IMG/VR virus record: IMGVR_UViG_3300002092_000189
Span: 1-24,415 of that record
DNA from: a virus
Lineage: Duplodnaviria > Caudoviricetes
Direction: 5' to 3' (one strand)
DNA length: 24,415 nt
Under the pieces are notes generated by a model, which made no database searches, had not been told where the DNA came from, and was given only the letters and a program-made list of their open reading frames with translations. Positions 1 through 7,100 of this stretch are shown piece after piece. The stretch's first letter is position 1, and every line of letters starts with the position of its first letter. Position numbers and translations under genes: made by a program.

Positions 1-46
1 GCTAGGTATTTTTGCCAATCGGCATACGTATATTGAGCAAGATAAC

Positions 47-355
47 TCATTGTGCCTCCGCTGTTTCAAATAAGCTTACAGGTATTGGATCATCCATGTC
101 AACATATTGAAGTTCAATAACACGCTCACGATTTCGCTCGATTGTTTGTGTTGGATCATCAAACCAAGTTGATGTGAGAGATATCACAGATGAATTAGGA
201 TTAAGTAACTTAAGGGAAAACCCTAAGCCATCCATTAAACCACTGTGATATGCGCGGCTGTGTTGGTGCTCATCGTAATGAAGTTCAGCGTGTTCTTCTA
301 GTATTTGTTGCTCTATTGCAGCAATTACTTTTTTACGCTTAAGTTTTTTACTCAT
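47..355 (-). CDS. hypothetical phage protein (102 aa)
   Basis: ORF track; start overlaps the stop of the upstream ORF (ATGA coupling). Confidence 0.7.
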   Translation of the reverse strand: MSKKLKRKKVIAAIEQQILEEHAELHYDEHQHSRAYHSGLMDGLGFSLKLLNPNSSVISLTSTWFDDPTQTIERNRERVIELQYVDMDDPIPVSLFETAEAQ

Positions 356-603
356 ACGAATGATTTTCCAATGATGGATATAACCTGTGGGTTATATACC
401 TTACCTGTTTTCCAATGAGGCATTGTTTTATGATCCCAACGACCACCGGATGCTTTCCAAGCCTCACGCTTTTCATGGCTTTTAAGAGTACGGCCTTTGA
501 CGTGGGTGAAGTTTGTCTTCTCCATTAGTGCTAGCCCTGGGTTTTTCTTATTTGCTTTGCCATTTTTGCGGTTATCATTCGTACCGCCTTTTGCCTTTGC
601 CAT
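352..603 (-). CDS. small basic hypothetical protein (83 aa, MAKAKGG...)
   Basis: Start moved to ATG 603, which has a GAAAGGGG RBS; Lys-rich. Confidence 0.7.
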   Translation of the reverse strand: MAKAKGGTNDNRKNGKANKKNPGLALMEKTNFTHVKGRTLKSHEKREAWKASGGRWDHKTMPHWKTGKVYNPQVISIIGKSFV

Positions 604-631
604 TACTGGCCCCTTTCGGTAGGTTATTTGG

Positions 632-790
632 TTATATTGGTAGTTGTTCAAGCAAAGTATCTATGATTACAATACGATCATTATATTCATTTGTTTGTTC
701 AACTATTTTATAGTGTTCTAAAGATAAGACAGCCGTTGATAGAGCTACTCTTATCTCGTGTAACTGTTCCTGATTAATATCTATTAACAT
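632..790 (-). CDS. hypothetical protein (52 aa, MLIDINQEQ...)
   Basis: GGAGGG RBS before ATG 790. Confidence 0.6.
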   Translation of the reverse strand: MLIDINQEQLHEIRVALSTAVLSLEHYKIVEQTNEYNDRIVIIDTLLEQLPI

Positions 791-938
791 AGGAACCCTC
801 CACACTATTGTGCAGAGTAATGATGTCATCGTTCCATAACATCAATGCTTCTTTTTTGGTAAGCCCATGAAATAACTGAGCTTCAAGTAAGAAAAGTAAT
901 TGGTCTATCCTTTTATTTTGTTTGGTTGTTGCTGTCAT
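774..938 (-). CDS. hypothetical protein (54 aa, MTATTKQNKRIDQ...), not in ORF track
   Basis: Translated by hand; GGAGAAAG RBS; fills the gap in the operon. Confidence 0.55.
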   Translation of the reverse strand: MTATTKQNKRIDQLLFLLEAQLFHGLTKKEALMLWNDDIITLHNSVEGSYVNRY

Positions 939-1176
939 AAATAACTTTCTCCAGTTCTACATCCATAAGGATGTCTTTGATATCATCTTTGTTTTCAGCA
1001 CATGCTTTATTCATTATGTCTAATACATTAGACAAGAATTTAGGGTTGGCCCAAGCACCTCTGGCTGGTTCATCTATTACAACTATACAACCTTCAGGAA
1101 CGTCTATAAAATGTTCTGTCCACACTATACTTCCTGTGTCATCGTATTGGTATGAACCAATTAATTGGAGTGCCAT
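913..1176 (-). CDS. hypothetical protein (87 aa)
   Basis: ORF track; TAATG coupling to upstream mini-ORF. Confidence 0.7.
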   Translation of the reverse strand: MALQLIGSYQYDDTGSIVWTEHFIDVPEGCIVVIDEPARGAWANPKFLSNVLDIMNKACAENKDDIKDILMDVELEKVIYDSNNQTK

Positions 1177-1298
1177 TAGTTAATATCTTTACATACTCGA
1201 TCGTGTAATTTATAAAACAATGCATCAACTACACGAATTTTCCACCATATTGACCACCATTTATTATGGTTGTACATTTTGCATATCAATTTACTCAT
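1176..1298 (-). CDS. small Trp-rich protein (40 aa, MSKLICKMYNHNKWWSIWWK...), not in ORF track
   Basis: Strong AGAAAGGA RBS; its TAA overlaps the next ATG. Confidence 0.65.
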   Translation of the reverse strand: MSKLICKMYNHNKWWSIWWKIRVVDALFYKLHDRVCKDIN

Positions 1299-1324
1299 GG
1301 TATTCCTTTCTACTATCTATGTTC

Positions 1325-1756
1325 ATAGATAGTAAAAGACACACGATATTATTTGCTGAATACCGGAGGACTCAGCTCACAGGCCCTATTGCGTTGTGGA
1401 AGTCTATTAATAATGGGTGTTGCAACAACCACTATTAACTCCACGCTTACTATAAGAGGAATTTAGACCCCCCTGGGTATCTCAACCTTATAGTCCGTCC
1501 TGATCTTGCTTTTGCTGGTCCCTGTATTTACCTAAACTCAACTTAATACAGATTGCAGATCCAGTTGGCATAGCAAACCTATACCGCGTGCCTTTTACCA
1601 CCTATGCGGGCGATTGTTTATGTTGGAGCAGTTTAGCCTTGTCATACTCAGGACAGGTAACAGGTATACCCCGATGCTCACGGGCCGTGTTTTACCTCAG
1701 GTCTCGTCAGACCAACCATATTTTGTATCGCTGTACAAATTAATATGTGTTTACAA
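1325..1756 (-). ncRNA. candidate structured non-coding RNA
   Basis: No credible ORF; hairpins at 1396-1444, 1449-1494, 1515-1564 and 1700-1713; H-type pseudoknot at 1626-1657. Confidence 0.5.
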
Positions 1757-2044
1757 CTATGCTAGTAAGTTGTGGATGTCTTTCATTGGTATGATTTTAT
1801 CCACTGGGTCCGGCCAATTAATCCAACCTTCTGGTTGGTCTTGACCTTCTTCACGCCAAGGCAAGATACGTACAGCATAGGGAATATTTTCTAACCCTAC
1901 TTCTTGGTTGCCTTCACCATTTTTAAATGCTTTAAGCGTAGCATCATAGATTTCATCTATGCTATTGCCTGCTTCTACATCCATAATGACTTGTGTAGCA
2001 ACCATAAGAGCCACACGATGTGTGTAAGCTGTTTGCTGTGACAT
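1757..2044 (-). CDS. hypothetical protein (95 aa)
   Basis: AAAC repeats plus AGAAAGGAG RBS. Confidence 0.8.
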   Translation of the reverse strand: MSQQTAYTHRVALMVATQVIMDVEAGNSIDEIYDATLKAFKNGEGNQEVGLENIPYAVRILPWREEGQDQPEGWINWPDPVDKIIPMKDIHNLLA

Positions 2045-2079
2045 AGGTATTCTCCTTTCTTGTTTGTTTGTTTATGTAT

Positions 2080-2475
2080 GGTGTGCATGTTTTATAGACC
2101 ACATGCTCTGTGTCTGTTTTGATGCATACCGTCTCTATACAGTACTTAAACGTAGACAACATAGTGATGTACCCACGAAGTTACATCGAGTATGAAGGGT
2201 CCGGTCCAGGGGGTCGGATACATCTAGTAGCGACACCTATTTTCATAGGGTTAGCGTTCGAAGCCTTAGCACCTGCCATTCCTTTCCCATCTTTTCCTGC
2301 GAGTCTGTATGACTTGGGTTGTCTATACAACCCAGTAAGAATAGGCACGTGCCTCCTATTCTTACTGCATCATATAGATAAGTCGGGGGGAGCCTACCCT
2401 CACAGGCTCTAACCCCCGACCTATTTGCTTGGTGGATTCCGGCACCAAGCTCCCTCACTAAATACTAGTTAGTAT
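2080..2475 (-). ncRNA. candidate structured non-coding region (run of hairpins)
   Basis: Stems TGGGTTGT/ACAACCCA, CAGTAAGAATAGG/CCTATTCTTACTG, GTCGGGGG..GAGCCT/AGGCTC..CCCCCGAC, GCTTGGTG/CACCAAGC; strand inferred from context. Confidence 0.45.
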
Positions 2476-2478
2476 CTA

Positions 2479-2769
2479 TTATTTCTTTGGCCTACCATTT
2501 TCAAAGTCCCAGTTTTCAAACTCATCAACAATAGTTGTAATGTATGCCGCTAATTTTTTGGCATCTTCTAAACCAATGTCAAACATGCTAGTAATCATTC
2601 GGTCTTTAGGTTTACCTATTTCAATACGCAGACTAATAACAGGGCCTTTTTCATCTTCCCAATCACCATTAAACTCTAATAGTGTGGGTACGTGTTCTTC
2701 CCAAGGTATAAGATAAGCTTCCTTATCTTTTAAAGATACAGTTTGATTGCCCGATATCATTTTACCCAT
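2479..2769 (-). CDS. hypothetical protein (96 aa)
   Basis: ORF track; operon context. Confidence 0.7.
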   Translation of the reverse strand: MGKMISGNQTVSLKDKEAYLIPWEEHVPTLLEFNGDWEDEKGPVISLRIEIGKPKDRMITSMFDIGLEDAKKLAAYITTIVDEFENWDFENGRPKK

Positions 2770-2896
2770 TTTTTTGTTCCAATATTTTGCCTAGAAGGTT
2801 AAGCATTTCTAACTCAGCCTGTAAAACATTAAGCTTTGTTTGTATAACAACAAGACGTGCTTTTATATCTTTTAAACTTTCTATATCTTCAGGCAC
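2762..2896 (-). CDS. small coiled-coil protein (44 aa, GTG start), not in ORF track
   Basis: Hand translation MPEDIESLKDIKARLVVIQTKLNVLQAELEML...; AAGGAAG upstream; fills the gap. Confidence 0.55.
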   Translation of the reverse strand: MPEDIESLKDIKARLVVIQTKLNVLQAELEMLNLLGKILEQKNG

Positions 2897-3137
2897 TTTT
2901 CTTCCTTTCCATTTCATATGACATAAAGGATATATATCCTATGCCTTTGTATTCTTTGCCACCCCAAATGCCATACAGCCCCGGAGTAGTCTCAGCATAT
3001 GATTTACATGCTGAAAGCAATGGACAAGCCTTGCATATAGCAATGGCTAGTTTCTTATTTGGATCAGCCTTACCTGATGGGAAGAATATCTCCCGGTCAG
3101 TTTGAGCACACAACTGCGTGCCATTTAGAAAGTCCAT
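2889..3137 (-). CDS. whiB: WhiB-family Fe-S transcription regulator
   Basis: C..D.E.FFP...AIAICKACP...C...YGIWGG: four Cys plus the G[IV]WGG turn. Confidence 0.95.
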   Translation of the reverse strand: MDFLNGTQLCAQTDREIFFPSGKADPNKKLAIAICKACPLLSACKSYAETTPGLYGIWGGKEYKGIGYISFMSYEMERKKSA

Positions 3138-3239
3138 CTACTGTCTCCAATCTGAATCTTGTTGGTCGATTTGATACTGCTTATTGATTAGGTATGCAAC
3201 ACCAGCCATACCTATAATGAATAGACCTACGAATAACAC
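3138..3239 (-). CDS. small membrane protein (33 aa, GTG start), not in ORF track
   Basis: GAGGAG RBS; hydrophobic MLFVGLFIIGMAGVAYLI. Confidence 0.55.
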   Translation of the reverse strand: MLFVGLFIIGMAGVAYLINKQYQIDQQDSDWRQ

Positions 3240-3412
3240 ATCTCCTCCTCTCTCAGCAATTCAACTGCCAAACTTTCGGGGGATTTTTCGGGGGAACTTA
3301 CTGTGATTACACGCTTTGTGTAATGGGTATATGACATAGCCACAGTACAACCACAAGGCTTCTTAACAGTCACCTTTGTAGTTGTAGTAATGAACTCGAG
3401 GGTATTAGTCAT
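3227..3412 (-). CDS. hypothetical protein (61 aa)
   Basis: AAGGAGG/GAGG RBS. Confidence 0.65.
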   Translation of the reverse strand: MTNTLEFITTTTKVTVKKPCGCTVAMSYTHYTKRVITVSSPEKSPESLAVELLREEEMCYS

Positions 3413-3428
3413 ACCTCAACCTCCTTCT

Positions 3429-3505
3429 ACTCTCATAGAGAGTGGATAACACACAGGATTATCTTTACGCCAGCACTTGGCAACCTATATGTTATCCACA
3501 GCCTA
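3429..3505 (-). repeat. stem-loop repeat unit A (16-bp stem, 26-nt loop)
   Basis: Arms 3442-3457 and 3484-3499 pair 16/16 on the minus strand with 2 G-U; followed by ACUCUC-UAU-GAGAGU. Confidence 0.85.
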
Positions 3506-3539
3506 TGAAAACAAATAAAAAAAATCGGGGGGAACTGTT

Positions 3540-3797
3540 TTACCTACCAGAACTCTTACCATTCAATAAATCAGGAGAGTCAACAGATACATAGGTAAAA
3601 CCCTGCTTAGGCATAAGAATAAGACGATACCCAGAGCGAGCCTGACTAATGCCCTTGGATACACAATCTTTAGACATACAATAGGGATAACCAGCCTCAT
3701 ACCTCGCTTGAGGTACAGGCTGCTCACAATAGATACAACAAAGAGCGTTGTCTAAGGCTTCTAGACAAGGCTCTGAGTCACAACATTGGCATTTCAT
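3540..3797 (-). CDS. Cys-rich protein with DksA/TraR-like C4 zinc finger
   Basis: CIYCEQPVPQARYEAGYPYC...C resembles CxxCxxxIPxxRxxA..C..C; AGGAGG RBS. Confidence 0.65.
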   Translation of the reverse strand: MKCQCCDSEPCLEALDNALCCIYCEQPVPQARYEAGYPYCMSKDCVSKGISQARSGYRLILMPKQGFTYVSVDSPDLLNGKSSGR

Positions 3798-3814
3798 AAT
3801 GACCTCCTAGTTAT

Positions 3815-3932
3815 ACTCTCCAGATAGAGAGTGAGAGACACACAGGACATAGATTGATTACATAGACTTACTCATACTGTTGGCTGCAGCCTCAATGACG
3901 CAATAACCTGTGTGCCTTCCACTAACTACCTA
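3815..3932 (-). repeat. stem-loop repeat unit B (16-bp stem, 60-nt loop)
   Basis: Arms 3831-3846 and 3907-3922 pair 15/16 with 2 G-U; 5' AGGUAGUU, 3' CUCUC..GAGAG hairpin. Confidence 0.85.
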
Positions 3933-3933
3933 C

Positions 3934-4043
3934 CCTCTCTGATAGAGAGTGATAGATACATAGGCTGTTGAATATGGATGCTACATCTAATCGCAGAGCC
4001 ACATCACACTTTGGAGCACCTATGTACCTATCACAAACTACCT
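3934..4043 (-). repeat. stem-loop repeat unit C (16-bp stem, 54-nt loop)
   Basis: Arms 3949-3964 and 4019-4034 pair 16/16 with 1 G-U; same flanking motifs. Confidence 0.85.
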
Positions 4044-4049
4044 GATAAT

Positions 4050-4316
4050 AGATAAGCCACCAGCCTCCCAACCTGGTCTTACCGTTAGGTAAGCAATTCG
4101 GCTAGATAGCCAGTGGCTTATCTTGGACATAGTGGTACTAAGAATTCACTCTCCTGCTGGCATACCACAATTCCGCATCTCCAACTAGCCACCAGTCTAT
4201 TATTCCCTTACGGGTGCTGGTGCTGTGCGGGTATCGTGGCAATTACTGCCCCCGTCTATATCCACAGTAGAACTATGGACATAGATAGAGGCAGGGGACA
4301 CCGAAGTGCCCCCTGC
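4050..4316 (-). ncRNA. candidate structured RNA downstream of the 189-aa gene
   Basis: 11-bp stem 4050-4060/4113-4123; stem 4132-4168; long hairpin about 4247-4293; C(UUCG)G hairpin 4291-4316 with no U-tract. Confidence 0.65.
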
Positions 4317-4334
4317 TACTATTATAGAAACTAC

Positions 4335-4904
4335 CTACTTAGTAGATAGTTCCTTTTCACTCTCCTTAGGTGTTTCCACCTTGCCGAGATATTGTTCCTT
4401 TAACGCTTCGAAATCTGCTTGAAGCGTAAGAAACGAGGTGTCTGCCTTGGTAGTTTGTACCATAGGCACAGCACGAGCCTTCTTAACAGCCTTGTGAACT
4501 GCTTCGATGGCTTCGATAGTAGACACACCATTAAGGTTGTCTTCATCAGCCTGCTTCTTGTCTTCTTGCTCGACAAGTTTAGCGACACGCTTAAGTTCTG
4601 CTTCCATAGCAACAAGGTCTGCTAAGACCTTAATGCGGTGGTAGTTAGCGCCAAGGAACAGCGCATTAAGTGTGTCTACATCTATCTGAGGACATACAGA
4701 CTTGATGTAACCGCCGAACGCTTCACCCGCTTTAGTAGTTCCTTTCAGACCTACGGCAAGCGCGTGTGCGTGGGTAATAGCCTTGTCTGCGGAGAATACT
4801 TCCGCATACCTAGACATCCACGCAGAGGACGAGTTCATATGCTCATTAACGCAGGCGGTAAGACTAGCCTGTGATGATGCGCTTAGTTGAACTAGAGCAC
4901 TCAT
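4335..4904 (-). CDS. hypothetical helical protein (189 aa), first gene of the leftward arm
   Basis: AGAAAGG RBS; Ala/Lys/Glu-rich; no family recognised. Confidence 0.85.
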   Translation of the reverse strand: MSALVQLSASSQASLTACVNEHMNSSSAWMSRYAEVFSADKAITHAHALAVGLKGTTKAGEAFGGYIKSVCPQIDVDTLNALFLGANYHRIKVLADLVAMEAELKRVAKLVEQEDKKQADEDNLNGVSTIEAIEAVHKAVKKARAVPMVQTTKADTSFLTLQADFEALKEQYLGKVETPKESEKELSTK

Positions 4905-5005
4905 TTAGATACCTTTCTCGGGGACAGGACTTTCCTGCCACCGCCCCTACTATCTAGCCTTGCGACTAGATAGCAGGAACGAGAGCAGGAGAGTGAATTC
5001 CTTTC
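4905..5005 (-). promoter_or_regulatory. structured 5' leader of the 189-aa gene
   Basis: 14-bp GCAA-tetraloop hairpin 4946-4977; GGCAGG/CCUGUC hairpin; UCUCG/CGAGA closing stem overlapping the RBS. Confidence 0.65.
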
Positions 5006-5074
5006 CCTAGCGGACCGAGTATTACCCCTTCCGCTTCCGCGCCCCTTATGGTTACGCTTACCTATGTATTAATG

Positions 5075-5170
5075 CCCCCCACCCTTAACGCCCGCCGAGC
5101 CCCCAGATTGACGAGGCGAGACGAACTAGCAGCTCTGTGGCGGGATAGACAGTGGCCTAAAAGGTGGGGG
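5075..5170. repeat. GC-rich nested inverted repeat at the strand-divergence point
   Basis: CCCCCACC 5076-5083/GGTGGGGG 5163-5170; CCCGCC 5091-5096/GGCGGG 5139-5144; GAGC/GCTC. Confidence 0.6.
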
Positions 5171-5187
5171 TGTGATATTTTTCACAC
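5170..5187. promoter_or_regulatory. CRP/GlxR-type palindrome
   Basis: gTGTGA-tatttt-TCACAc, exact TGTGA-N6-TCACA consensus. Confidence 0.55.
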
Positions 5188-5261
5188 TTGGGTTAAATAA
5201 GGCAGTGGCTTGAACTATCTATGATCATAGTGTTGCTGGAGTAAAAATTGGCGGGTAGCTG

Positions 5262-5267
5262 TACAAT
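5262..5267 (+). promoter_or_regulatory. -10 element, leaderless transcript
   Basis: TACAAT 6 nt before ATG 5274, no RBS. Confidence 0.6.
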
Positions 5268-5273
5268 CACAGC

Positions 5274-5771
5274 ATGGCAAAAGATTTCATAGGTCACAAC
5301 ATAGGTCCAGATGAGGCTAACAAGAAGCTCAACATTGGTGCAGCTATGTATGGCTTTGCTGACCCTGCATTCCGTGATCAACAAGATGACCCATCGGAGG
5401 GTTACACCTCTGATCTATTTGGGGATGGGTGGGAACAGATGCCTGCTCCATCAACTGGTAAGCGGCGCAGAGCGCTATGGATTGGCTACCATCGGGGTAT
5501 GAAGATGCTGGTTATTATCTTTACAACCAAGACTAGTACAAAAACTAGAAAAACCGGTAAGCCTGCAGGAACAAGAGTGTTTTATGGAACAGTACAGCCA
5601 TGGTGGAAGTACGAAGATGTAGATTTAGAGATGTGGGAAGAGCTGGTTGGCTATCATTCAACTGGGGAATGGCTAAAGTTCTCTGGTGTTGAAAATGGAA
5701 ACTACTCTGCTACACGTAAAGAAGAATTAGATAACCTTACTCAAGACTACAAGAATTCTTTAAGATCTTAA
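5274..5771 (+). CDS. KTSC-domain protein
   Basis: RALWIGYH...LVIIF...YEDVDLEMWEELVGYHSTGEW matches the KTSC pattern (GY..L.v.F..Y.dV..e.yeel...S.G). Confidence 0.75.
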   Translation: MAKDFIGHNIGPDEANKKLNIGAAMYGFADPAFRDQQDDPSEGYTSDLFGDGWEQMPAPSTGKRRRALWIGYHRGMKMLVIIFTTKTSTKTRKTGKPAGTRVFYGTVQPWWKYEDVDLEMWEELVGYHSTGEWLKFSGVENGNYSATRKEELDNLTQDYKNSLRS

Positions 5772-5779
5772 TAAACTGC

Positions 5780-5785
5780 TATAAT
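5780..5785 (+). promoter_or_regulatory. -10 element, leaderless transcript
   Basis: TATAAT 6 nt before ATG 5792. Confidence 0.7.
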
Positions 5786-5791
5786 TAAAAT

Positions 5792-6496
5792 ATGGATAAG
5801 AAGATAAAATTCATAGCTGCATCAGAAATGGTCTATGATAACGAGGATGCTCCTATTCCAGCATCGCAGGGTATACCTGATTGGTATCGTAACTCTCCAG
5901 CTAAAACAACTCATGCAAATGCTAAGTTTGGTAGAGATATGTCTACTCTTAAAGCTTGTACTCCTTTTCTAGATTCAATCACAGCTGGATACTTTCTTAC
6001 TGCTCCAGATGATATTTTTGTATCTACAAAGCCAAATGGGGAGAAAGAGTTTACTTACCTGCTACCTACAACTAATACCTTTGAGCAAGAATCTGAAGGT
6101 CGTGTTGGATACCTACCAGTACCAGCTGGATACCATAAGAATATTTGGCGGGCATCGTTATACCCATCTATAGAGACTCCAGAGGGATATAGCACATTCT
6201 TCCTACATCCTATAAATAGATTTGATCTACCCTTTCTAGCTATCTCTGCAATAGTAGATACAGATAAACCTCTATCAACAGCAGCGGTCTCATTCTACAT
6301 AAGAGAAGATTTTGAAGGAGTAATCCCTAAAGGTACCCCAATGCTCCAAGTTATCCCATTTAAGAGAGATAATTGGAAGTCAGAGGTAAAACCACCCTAT
6401 TCTGAGAAAGAGAACAAAGAAATACAGGATTCTCTGATGAACCAAGGAAATCGTAATTATTTAAAGAAATACTGGCATAAAAAGACATATCGCTGA
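5792..6496 (+). CDS. DUF6065-like protein
   Basis: IPDWY..TLKACTPFLD..AGY..HPINRFDLPF..GTPMLQVIPFKR motifs, common in aquatic phages. Confidence 0.7.
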   Translation: MDKKIKFIAASEMVYDNEDAPIPASQGIPDWYRNSPAKTTHANAKFGRDMSTLKACTPFLDSITAGYFLTAPDDIFVSTKPNGEKEFTYLLPTTNTFEQESEGRVGYLPVPAGYHKNIWRASLYPSIETPEGYSTFFLHPINRFDLPFLAISAIVDTDKPLSTAAVSFYIREDFEGVIPKGTPMLQVIPFKRDNWKSEVKPPYSEKENKEIQDSLMNQGNRNYLKKYWHKKTYR

Positions 6497-6567
6497 TTTA
6501 TAGACTATAATTATAATAGAGCTGCCAAATGGAGCTCATTTACTAGTTATCGTCTAAGGAGATAATT

Positions 6568-7080
6568 ATGGCTAATATGCCCATGCCCGGAAACCCTAAA
6601 GACCCATTCAGAGATCGTTACCCAGATCCATGGTCTAAGGAATATCCAAAAATCACAAAACCAGAAGTTCTAACTATCACATCCCTCTTTCCTCAGTTTA
6701 ATCGCTGGGCAATCGGATTTGATCCAATGTTAGATACCTTCAAACAAGTAGCCGCAAATGCAAAGACTGCTGGTTATCCCCCATACAATATCTACAAGAG
6801 TAAGGACACATACGTCCTAGAACTGGCTGTAGCAGGCTTTGCTAAGGAAGATATCAAAATCTCCGTACAAGAGCTCACACTGACCGTAGAAGGCGAATTA
6901 GGGGTACCACAGGAGGAAGCTATCCATAAGGGAATTGCAACTAGAGACTTCAAACAAGACTTCGTATTAGCGGAGTATGTAGTTGTCAAGGGTGCAGAGC
7001 TCAAAGATGGATTGCTACGCATTACACTTCAGCAGGAACTTCCAGAAGAGAAGAAAGCAAAGATTATCGAAATCGCATAA
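6568..7080 (+). CDS. Hsp20/IbpA-like small heat-shock protein
   Basis: YPPYNI..LELAVAGF..HKGIATRDF..GAELKDGLL..IEI; TATAAT at about 6506 and AAGGAG RBS. Confidence 0.95.
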   Translation: MANMPMPGNPKDPFRDRYPDPWSKEYPKITKPEVLTITSLFPQFNRWAIGFDPMLDTFKQVAANAKTAGYPPYNIYKSKDTYVLELAVAGFAKEDIKISVQELTLTVEGELGVPQEEAIHKGIATRDFKQDFVLAEYVVVKGAELKDGLLRITLQQELPEEKKAKIIEIA

Positions 7081-7100
7081 TCTCTGCTAGAATAGTAATA

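Noticed and set aside
1688-1713. Hammerhead ribozyme (CUGACGA on minus strand)
   Set aside because: No GAAA core after the stem; the sequence is explained by a GGUCU/AGACC hairpin.
1220-2458. Track ORFs 1220+, 1614+, 1962-, 2110+, 2243-
   Set aside because: Wrong strand or no RBS, with atypical composition; probably spurious.
3492-3500. Perfect DnaA box TTATCCACA suggesting an origin
   Set aside because: It is part of the unit A stem and absent from units B and C; there is no box cluster.
3429-4043. CRISPR array
   Set aside because: Repeats are split inverted arms with unequal inserts and divergent sequence; no cas genes in the window.
4291-4316. Intrinsic terminator after the 189-aa gene
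   Set aside because: No U-tract on the minus strand; treated as a structural hairpin, though actinobacterial terminators can lack U-tracts.
4113-4874. Plus-strand and alternate-frame ORFs (4113, 4400, 4419, 4638)
   Set aside because: No RBS; they shadow the 189-aa gene or the structured RNA.
5234-5245. 11/12 complement to the unit A loop
   Set aside because: A match this short is expected by chance in a window of this size.
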